Of a stretch of 64,000 nucleotides of DNA, positions 50,911 to 58,900 are shown in pieces (positions within the stretch are counted from its first letter, which is position 1; the number at the start of each line of letters is the position of its first letter). Position numbers and translations under genes: made by a program. Source of the DNA: Rhizobium sp. (GTDB lineage: Bacteria > Pseudomonadota > Alphaproteobacteria > Rhizobiales > Rhizobiaceae); the NCBI RefSeq assembly GCF_036383055.1, contig NZ_DASVPC010000195.1; one strand, 5' to 3'. The notes under the pieces are model-generated. The model was not told the DNA's origin, made no database searches, and worked only from the letters and a program-made list of their open reading frames with translations.

Positions 50911-51404
50911 TCGCCAGCCCCGCTCCCATACGCCTATACTTGCGCTTATTTCCTAGATAAACGAGTCTTTTAGTGTGACGAGAGCTGCTGAGCAACTGCA
51001 GCTTGAGGCAGGGGCCCAATGATTGGTTTGTTGTGAGGACGTCCGTTTCGCACCTTCGCGCCGGAAGTAGCACGTCCTCAGCGTGATCCAGAAAGCGGAC
51101 GTCGCGGGTGGGTCGATGTAGCGACATCTATGCGCCAATAGCTGCATCACATCGCCGTGAAGACACGCTGGAAGAGCGAGCCAACAGAGAAGCACTATCG
51201 CGAGACGATTATCTGGAAGCGACTTTTTGTATGTGCCCACCAATTAGCTGAAGAGAAGGTAGGTAGCTCCCCGCCGATCGCCTGGTGCCCGCGCCGTCTG
51301 CTTTCTCAAAGTAGTTCTGCTTCAGTCGAATCTGCAACCTAGACTATTGCGCTGATACAAAAACACAGGCAAACTTTCGTAATAGTTGGTTGGGGGGGAA
51401 TCGT

Positions 51405-51575
51405 ATGGATTTTGATTTCTGGAACTTCCTTGGCGGCTTGCTCACAGGCGCTGCCGGGGGCGCGCTACTGACGCTGCACTTCACCAAGACTATGCGAGCC
51501 GATCGCCATGGAAATACAACCGACCAATCCGGAGCGCGGGCTCGCGGAGACATCGTAGGCCGCGACAAGCGTTAA
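51405..51575 (+). CDS. 56-aa glycine-zipper transmembrane peptide with a C-terminal GN..Q..ARA.G.IVGRD motif
   Basis: MDFDFWNFLGGLLTGAAGGALLTLHF (one TM helix, G-x3-G repeats) followed by a polar tail. GGGGGGAA lies 5 nt upstream of the ATG. The track's TTG at 51390 was trimmed. Confidence 0.55.
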   Translation: MDFDFWNFLGGLLTGAAGGALLTLHFTKTMRADRHGNTTDQSGARARGDIVGRDKR

Positions 51576-51601
51576 CTTTCTGGAAGCACGCCATCATATC
51601 C

Positions 51602-52183
51602 ATGAACATTGCGACCCATCAGGGTAACGTCTCCAACCAGCAAAATGCACGCGCCGGCGGCCCCATCGTAGGCCGCGACTACTATAATGTCGAAGCCAAG
51701 AGGGGCTTGGTCGAGAAGCTGCTGCATAAGCTGAAAGAACAGTATGACTGCAACGAGCAGACGCAGACGACGATAGACGAACTCGCCCGATACCACACGC
51801 GGCGCGCGCCCGACGGCATTGACGGTCTTGAAGCCAAGTTCGAGGTCAGTGGGCGGTCCGCCTACTACGACGATGCGATCGAGAAAAAGGAGATGTTCGC
51901 GAAACTTCTTGAGAGATGGTCGCTGTACTCATCCGCCCAGGAAATCTTCGTCCACATCCTGGCCAAGGCCGAGAATGAGTTCACCCAGGTAATCTACGGC
52001 CAAATACCGAAGAAGGAACCCGAGGAAATCAACGCTATGGTCATCGACCGTATAGTAAATCCTATCGTTGAAGAATGCGGTGGCGATCTCATAGCCGTGA
52101 ACCACAACCTAGTTCAAGGAATGGTGTACTGGCTTGCTGAGCAATGCTTCATCAAATGGCATCACGGCTTGGTTGCGAGATGA
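51602..52183 (+). CDS. 193-aa helical protein: N-terminal copy of the IVGRD motif plus a C-terminal domain in the position of an ABC-3C/Lamassu effector-adaptor (LmuA slot)
   Basis: Residues 8-26 (GNVSNQQNARAGGPIVGRD) match the tail of the upstream peptide. The rest is helical and I see no enzymatic motif. Its stop codon overlaps the next gene's start (ATGA at 52180). Confidence 0.7.
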   Translation: MNIATHQGNVSNQQNARAGGPIVGRDYYNVEAKRGLVEKLLHKLKEQYDCNEQTQTTIDELARYHTRRAPDGIDGLEAKFEVSGRSAYYDDAIEKKEMFAKLLERWSLYSSAQEIFVHILAKAENEFTQVIYGQIPKKEPEEINAMVIDRIVNPIVEECGGDLIAVNHNLVQGMVYWLAEQCFIKWHHGLVAR

Positions 52184-52701
52184 CTCAGCTCACATATAAC
52201 GAGGCCTTCGACCCATATCATGCCGCCTTCCGGTTTCTTAGACTACATCTGGCGTGCGACGTAACCGCCAGAGTGCCCTTCGACACGATACGTATACTTG
52301 ATTTCTACCTGCTCTTCCCGTTCCGCCTTCAATCGATGAAGCTCTTCTCGCAAGACACGAGTTGGAGAAAGGTAAGCAAATCATATGAGGAACAAGCGCC
52401 GTATGGCGCGATGCCGGATGACAACATTGTCTTCTCTCGCATGGAACCCTTCCAGCGGGCTGCCGCTTCCAGTCTTGTGATCAGCGGTTACCTTGCGCCG
52501 AAGGCGTGGGATCAGAACGAAGTGCAGTTCACCAAGGAAGCGATCCCGGATGCGCTCAGACTTCGCTGTTCTGAACTGAACGCCCGGATGAGCGATGTGG
52601 TGGAAATCCTTTGTCAGATCAAGGCTCGGTATCCGCTCGGAGGCCGTGACGGGCTGAAGGATCGCACAGGTCTTCTGGAGTATCGATATGACCCGGTATG
52701 A
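52180..52701 (+). CDS. 173-aa protein in the 'middle component' position of an ABC three-component (LmuC-like) system
   Basis: MTQLTYNEAFDPYHAAFRFLRL...IRILDFYLLFPFRL. It is translationally coupled on both sides and small, with no enzymatic motif. The assignment rests on position and size only. Confidence 0.65.
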   Translation: MTQLTYNEAFDPYHAAFRFLRLHLACDVTARVPFDTIRILDFYLLFPFRLQSMKLFSQDTSWRKVSKSYEEQAPYGAMPDDNIVFSRMEPFQRAAASSLVISGYLAPKAWDQNEVQFTKEAIPDALRLRCSELNARMSDVVEILCQIKARYPLGGRDGLKDRTGLLEYRYDPV

Positions 52702-54619
52702 CCCCTCCCTCGTGGTCAAGCGCCTTGTCGTGAAGCGCGGCGCCTTCACGATGTATGATGAGGCCTTTCACACGGGCGTTAACGTGGTCAGAGGCGACAA
52801 CTCCTCTGGCAAGTCGACGATTATGAACTTCCTTTTCTTCGGTCTGGGAGGTGATCTCGACCGTTCGGCGTGGAGCGAACACGCCCTGCTGTGCGATCAT
52901 GTGTGGCTTGAGGTGGAGTTCAACGGCAACCCCGCGGTGCTGCGGCGGGAGATCGATGTCTCGTCCCAATCGGCGATGGAGATCTTCGGCGGACGCTATG
53001 AGCAAGCAGTCGTGGCCCCAATCGAAGCGTGGCACCGATATCCCTATGCCCGTTCAAGAAACCAGGAGAGCTTCTCACAAGCGATCTTCCGGCTCCTGGA
53101 GATGCCAGACGTTGCAGTTGAGGGCACGTCGAGCATCACCATCCACCAGATCCTGCGCCTTCTCTACGCAGATCAGCTTTCGCCGACAGAAAGCCTCTTC
53201 CGGTTTGAAGGGTTCGATTCTGAGAACCTGCGCGAGGCCGTGGGCAATCTCCTTTGCGGAGCGTTCGACACCGAGATATATGAGCTCCAGCAACTGAAGC
53301 GAACGAAGGAAAAGGAATTCACCGAAGCCAGCGCGGAGTTGAGGAGCATATTCAAGGTCGTCGGAGGTGGCGACGAGAGCATGACCCTTGACTGGATCGA
53401 GCAGCGCCGCAAAGGCCTTGTTCAGGAGCGCGACACGACCTCGGCTCAGCTTCTGGAGGCAGAAGAGGCGTTCTATTCCAGCCAATCCTCCGAAAAGATA
53501 ACGCTTCAGGTTCAGAAAGACCTCTACAAGCAGGTTCAGAAACTGCAGGGTGAGATCCGTCACAAGCAGGCCGAGGTGGATTCAGTTGAATTCGAAATCG
53601 CGGATTCGGCGGCGTTCATCCGAACCTTGTCCACACGACTGGAAGCATTGCGAGATGCGGATCTCACCGCGAGTGTCGTAGGCAGCGTCCGGTTCGGAAC
53701 CTGCCCGGCTTGCTACGCGGAGGTCGTTGAGCACGACCATGATGTCGAAGCTTGTCATCTATGCAAGACACCCCTCGACACCGGGCGTGCCCGTGAGCGA
53801 GTAGTCGGCATTATCAACGAGCTGTCGATACAGATAAAGCAGTCGGAGCGCCTGCAAACAATTAGGGCCGAGCGCCTGGAGAAGCATCAGGACTCCCTGA
53901 ATGCGCTGGTCGCGAACTGGCGGCTCAAGTCAAAGGAACTTTCCGATCTTAGCTCAGTACCGACATCCAAAGCTCGGGAGCAGATCCGAGAGTTGCAGCG
54001 GAAGCTTGGGTATATTGACAAATCCATTGAAGATGTCGAGGCGCAGGTCAAGCTCGCGAACAAGATCGGCCACCTATCCGCCCGCAAGGCGGAGCTCGAT
54101 CAGGAGATCCAATCGCTGGGTTCCCGCATTACCACGCTCCAACTCAGTCAGACCGATCGGTTGCGGACAGCCAAGAACAGCATTGAGAAAAACATCATCG
54201 AGATCCTCCAGGGCGATCTCAAGCGTCAGGACTCCTTCGAAAACCCCGAGCATGTTCAATTCTCGTTCGCGAAGAACTCCATCACGGTTGATGAGCACAC
54301 CTACTTCTCCGCAAGCTCCCGCGTTATTCTCAAGGCCGCATTCCTGGTGGGCTTCCTGAAGGCCGCCCTCTATGATCGACAATTCCGCCATCCCCGCTTT
54401 CTCATGATCGACATCACCGAGGACAAGGGTATCGAGCAGGCGCGAAGCCATAATTTCCAGAAGCAGGTAATCGAGATTTCGGACCAGGCGCCTGTCGAGC
54501 ACCAGATCATCATCGCGACGGCAATGCCGTGGCCCGAGATTGGGCCGCAGCTCTTTGTCGGCAGACATTCGACGCGACAGCAAGGCACACTCGCGTTTCT
54601 CACGAGCAACGGCAACTGA
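52688..54619 (+). CDS. SMC/Rad50-like ABC ATPase with a long coiled-coil insert (LmuB / ABC-3C ATPase-like)
   Basis: Walker A GDNSSGKST (52793-52819). A coiled-coil region of about 300 aa carries CPAC-x13-CHLC at its centre. The C-terminal lobe has a degenerate signature motif (FSASSR) and Walker B RFLMIDITED (54395-54424). Confidence 0.85.
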   Translation: MTRYDPSLVVKRLVVKRGAFTMYDEAFHTGVNVVRGDNSSGKSTIMNFLFFGLGGDLDRSAWSEHALLCDHVWLEVEFNGNPAVLRREIDVSSQSAMEIFGGRYEQAVVAPIEAWHRYPYARSRNQESFSQAIFRLLEMPDVAVEGTSSITIHQILRLLYADQLSPTESLFRFEGFDSENLREAVGNLLCGAFDTEIYELQQLKRTKEKEFTEASAELRSIFKVVGGGDESMTLDWIEQRRKGLVQERDTTSAQLLEAEEAFYSSQSSEKITLQVQKDLYKQVQKLQGEIRHKQAEVDSVEFEIADSAAFIRTLSTRLEALRDADLTASVVGSVRFGTCPACYAEVVEHDHDVEACHLCKTPLDTGRARERVVGIINELSIQIKQSERLQTIRAERLEKHQDSLNALVANWRLKSKELSDLSSVPTSKAREQIRELQRKLGYIDKSIEDVEAQVKLANKIGHLSARKAELDQEIQSLGSRITTLQLSQTDRLRTAKNSIEKNIIEILQGDLKRQDSFENPEHVQFSFAKNSITVDEHTYFSASSRVILKAAFLVGFLKAALYDRQFRHPRFLMIDITEDKGIEQARSHNFQKQVIEISDQAPVEHQIIIATAMPWPEIGPQLFVGRHSTRQQGTLAFLTSNGN

Positions 54620-54635
54620 GGGAAAGGATACATCG

Positions 54636-54926
54636 ATGGCGAAGGCGCAATCAGTTGAAATCGCGGGCCATCAGTTTCCTCGCAAGACGGATGCGTTGGC
54701 GTTCATGAAAGTCATGCTCAACCGCTATCGGCCTGGGGACACCGTGACCGATGACGACAGAGAGTTCCTTCAGGAGGCCTTGAAACGCCATCCAGAGGCG
54801 GCCACCAAGATCAGATCTGGTGTAAGAGGTTTCGAGGTAAGGGCCGCCGACTACGGTACCCAATGCTTCTGGATACTCCGGATAGACGGTTCCGACGAAC
54901 GGTTCTCCTACAAGAGCTGCATCTGA
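54636..54926 (+). CDS. DUF3223 (DCL-domain) protein
   Basis: MAKAQSVEIAGHQF...LKRHPEAATKIRSGVRGFEVRAADYGTQCFWILRIDGSDERFSYKSCI matches the DUF3223 C-terminal pattern (HP..K...G...F.V......CF...R.DG....FSY..C). RBS GAGGGAAAGGA. It starts 16 nt after the ATPase stop. Confidence 0.75.
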   Translation: MAKAQSVEIAGHQFPRKTDALAFMKVMLNRYRPGDTVTDDDREFLQEALKRHPEAATKIRSGVRGFEVRAADYGTQCFWILRIDGSDERFSYKSCI

Positions 54927-54963
54927 TCGACTGGATGGTCACCGCCTGGGCAGCGGCTAGGAG

Positions 54964-55602
54964 ATGTTCGTGAACCAGAGTATACTCAACGGCCCTGCCC
55001 GTCCGGAGTTGATCGCTCCGGGAAAAACGAAAGATGACTGGCATGACTTCGCTAAGAAGCTGGTGCCCGGCGGCGATGAAGTTCTGTGGGCGGAAGCTTT
55101 CGAGAGCTTCCTGTCCGCCCGACTTCATAGCCGATACATCGATCCCATCGCAGCGGTACGAGACGGCTCCAAGTGGAAGGGGGAGGGCTTCACGATCGTA
55201 TCGATACAATGCGCGCTCATAGAATTCCTTGCGGCGCTCCGGGCGGGCAAGAATTTTCGCCATGAAAATCCTGTGCCGCCGCATGAATATAAGAATAGCA
55301 GCGGTCTCTTTTGCGACTTTCTGCGAAAGACTGATCCATTCGACAAGTTGTTCACGAAGCCGCAAGCCAAGGATTTCTACGCAAACGTCCGGTGCGGACT
55401 CCTGCACGAGGCAAGGACAAAGGGCGACTGGATCATATGGGCGAGCGGCACCCCAGCCGTGGATTGTCAGAGGAAGATCGTCTATCGCGACAGCTTTCAG
55501 GACCTCATCGAGGGGTACATCCAAGACTACGGTCGCGCGCTGCTGGAGGACATCCCCCTACAAAATGCCTTCGTCAGGAAGTTCAACGATCTGGCCGATT
55601 GA
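54964..55602 (+). CDS. 212-aa all-helical hypothetical protein with an R-x4-H motif (possible HEPN-like RNase)
   Basis: ...DFYANVRCGLLHEARTKGDW... (R-CGLL-H). No other family recognised. It starts 37 nt after the DUF3223 gene; AGGAG lies upstream, and the start is ATG 54964 or GTG 54970. Confidence 0.6.
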   Translation: MFVNQSILNGPARPELIAPGKTKDDWHDFAKKLVPGGDEVLWAEAFESFLSARLHSRYIDPIAAVRDGSKWKGEGFTIVSIQCALIEFLAALRAGKNFRHENPVPPHEYKNSSGLFCDFLRKTDPFDKLFTKPQAKDFYANVRCGLLHEARTKGDWIIWASGTPAVDCQRKIVYRDSFQDLIEGYIQDYGRALLEDIPLQNAFVRKFNDLAD

Positions 55603-55823
55603 GCGTTCTTTGAAGGGATTTAGTACCTGCTGAATCTGGATGTGACCTGGCAAGAGGTCAACAGCCGAATGGCAGGGTTGGCTCAATCCACGACCTAAAC
55701 CTGACTGTCCCCAACCGGCCCCACAACAATCATTTAGCGCCATAGACTGACAGTGAACGTCGCTTCATCGGCTGGTCCTGCGCTTTCAGCGGCACGGTCA
55801 TAGGGGCTCGCTGTAATCAAACA

Positions 55824-55840
55824 GCGGAAATAATTTCCGC
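55824..55840. repeat. 17-nt perfect palindrome GCGGAAATAATTTCCGC (copy 2 of 2), about 110 nt upstream of hsdR
   Basis: 8-nt arms around a single central A. It matches 48094-48110 apart from one base. Confidence 0.7.
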
Positions 55841-55949
55841 AAAAGATACCTCTTTTCAATCGCCCCCTTACAACTCTGATTTGCCTACGGGCATCAAGCT
55901 ATGGCATGTTCCAGAAAAAGTTGAAGGCTAGACGCATTTAGGTGGGGCA

Positions 55950-58900
55950 TTGTCGGCAAATTTCGGTCATCTGCAGGAGGTCAGCCCAGAGCTCCATCGC
56001 CTCGGCACGCTGGCCGAGCGCTTCTTTGCCGAAGACGCAAATACATCGCTGATCAAGAGCCGCCAGTTCGGCGAGTACATGGTCAAGGAGATCGCGGCAC
56101 TTTCCGGCGTCTATGATCCCGCGGCGCGTGAGACCACGAATGATCTCCTCAGGCGGCTGGTGACACAGCAGGTCTTGCCGCGTGAAGTCGCCGACATCTT
56201 CCATGCCGTGCGCAAGAGTGGCAATGAGGCCGCTCATAACCTGGCGGGATCGCCCGAAGAAGCTTTGGCCGCGCTCAAGTTCTGCCGCGCGCTAGGAGTC
56301 TGGTATCGGCGCACTTACGGCCGCGATCCCAATTTCAGGCCAGGCCCGTTTGTACCCCCAAAGGCCTCTGCCGATATTGACCAGGCCACACGGGCAGAGC
56401 TCACGGCCCTGCGCGCCCAGGTTCTTGAAGCCCAGGATAAACTGGCCGCCGCCCATGCCTCGGCTGAGGAACTCGCCAAGGCCCGAGCTGCTGCCGAAGA
56501 GCTTGCCCGGCAGGCGGCAGCCGATAGCCAAGTGTGGGAACAGACTGCTGTCGAAATGGAGGCAAATCAGGCCGCGCTTTCGCGCAAGCTCGCGGAACTG
56601 CAGAAGGTGGCCGAAGCCCAGCCTGAGCAATTGCGGATGGAGTTCAAACAGGCCGGTATTCAGGCGGCGAGTCGGTTGGAACTCGACGAGCGCCAGACCC
56701 GCCGTCTGATCGACGTCCAGCTTGTCGATGCCGGCTGGGAGGCCGACAGTGACCGCCTGACCTACCAGAAGGGTGCTAGACCGGAAGAAGGCCGCAGCGT
56801 GGCCATCGCAGAATGGCCCTCCGAAGGTGGTCGGGCGGACTACGCACTTTTCGTCGGCCTCACCTGTCTCGGCGTCATCGAGGCGAAGCGCGAGAGCGTC
56901 GATGTGCCATCGATCCTGCAGCAAGCCGAACGCTACGCCCGCACGATTGTCTTGGCGCCGGAACAGACGTATCCGCATGGTCCATGGAAACATGGCTTGG
57001 ATGACCCCTTCCGCGTGCCCTTTGTCTTCGCCACGAACGGCCGACCCTATGTGCGCCAGTGGCTGACGAAATCCGGAATCTGGTACCGCGACGTGCGGCG
57101 GGAGACGAACCACGCCATTGCCATGACGAGCTGGTTCTCGCCGAAGGACCTGCTGGACAAGCTGGCCACGGATGTCGACACCGCCGCGCAAGGCCTCGCC
57201 GAAGAAAGCTTCGGCAAGGGCAAGATGCGCCCCTACCAGGAGGAGGCAATAGCGGCGCTCGAAGATGCCGTGGTGGCCGGCCAGCGCGACATCCTTATTT
57301 CCATGGCGACCGGCACCGGCAAGACGCGCACGGCGATTGCGCTCATGTATCGTCTCCTGAAGCACAAGCGCTTCCGCCGCATTCTCTTCCTGGTCGACCG
57401 CAAGGCGCTGGGACGGCAGACGAGCGATGCCTTGGAAACCACCGAAATCGAAGGCATGCTGAACTTCGCCCAGATCTACAAGGTGGCGGGGTTGGAGCAG
57501 AAGCTGCCGGAGGACGAGGATCAGGTGCAGGTCGCGACCGTTCAGTCGCTGATCGCCCGCATCCTGAACGAGCCTGACCCGGCCAAACGCCCGACGCCAG
57601 GTACCTTCGATTGCATCATCGTTGACGAAGCCCATCGCGGTTACACGCTCGATGCCGAGCTGCGTGAAAGCGACATCGGCTTCCGCAACATCGATGACTA
57701 CCAGTCTGCTTACCGCCAGATCCTCGATTACTTCGATGCCGTGAAGGTGGCGCTGACGGCGACACCCGCGCTGCATACCCGCGAGATCTTCGGCCATCCC
57801 GTCTTCCACTATGGCTACCGCCAAGCCGTCGTCGAGGGCTATCTCAACGATCACCTACCGCCAAAGCGTATCACGACGGCTCTGTCTGAAGCTGGCATTC
57901 ATTTCGTTGGCGGCGAGGAGGTCGAGATCATCGACCGCAAGACCGGACAGATCGATCTCTTCGAGCTTCCGGACGAAGTATCGCTCGATTACGATCTCGC
58001 CGACTTCAACAAGAGGGTTTATTCGGAAGCCTTCAACCGTATCGTCTGCCGAGCGATCGCCACCGAGATCTCGCCGTCGAAGCCCGGCAAGACGCTGATC
58101 TTCGCCGCCCGCGACGCCCATGCCGATGATATCGTGCGCCTGCTGATCGAGGAGCTGCAGGAGGAATACGGGAAAGAGGTTGTGCCGCATGGCATGGTCG
58201 TGAAGATCACCGGCAATGTCGAAAAGGCCGACGACCTGATCCTGAAATTCAAGAACGATCCCTATCCGAAATACGTCGTCACCGTGGATCTGCTGACCAC
58301 CGGCGTCGACATCCCCTCGATCTGCAATCTCGTCTTCGTGCGCCGGGTCAAGAGCCGTATCCTCTACGACCAGATGATCGGCCGCGCCACGCGGCTTTGC
58401 CCTGACATCGGCAAGGAGCATTTCCGCATCTTTGATGCGGTCGATCTCTATGCCGAGCTGCAGGAGATGACAGACATGCACCCGGTCATCGTCAAGCCGG
58501 ATATCTCTCTCGGTCAGCTCGTCACTGATCTGCGGACGGCAGAAACGGAAGAGGACAAGAGCTGGGTCGCTGGCCAGGTGATCGTGCGCATGCGGGCCAT
58601 GGTTAAGCGCATGGATGCCGAGAGCCGGGAAAGCTTCGAACGCCACACGGGCGAAAGTCCGGACATGGCCCTTCAGCGGCTTTCAACCCACTCCGGTACC
58701 GAGCTACAGAACTGGCTCGCCGCCTATCCACGCGCGGTCGAGCTGCTGGAGCGCCGCCCGCTGCGCGGTGACAAGAATGATGGCGTCGTCATCTCCACCC
58801 ATGAGGATGAGCTGCTGCGCATCGAAGAAATCTTTGGCAAGAACACGACGCCGGAGGATTACATCACCAGCTTCGAACGCTTCGTGCGCGAGAACATGAA

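Noticed and set aside
50780-51243. Minus-strand ORFs of 115 aa and 96 aa in the divergent intergenic region
   Set aside because: They have no RBS, a Cys/Arg-rich odd composition, and partial overlap with the helicase start. This is more likely promoter DNA.
54540-54635. 32-aa N-terminal extension of the DUF3223 ORF; also the TTG extension of the TM peptide ORF (51390-51404)
   Set aside because: The DUF3223 extension overlaps the ATPase 3' end, and a strong RBS precedes the internal ATG at 54636. For the peptide, the ATG at 51405 has a well-placed G-rich RBS.
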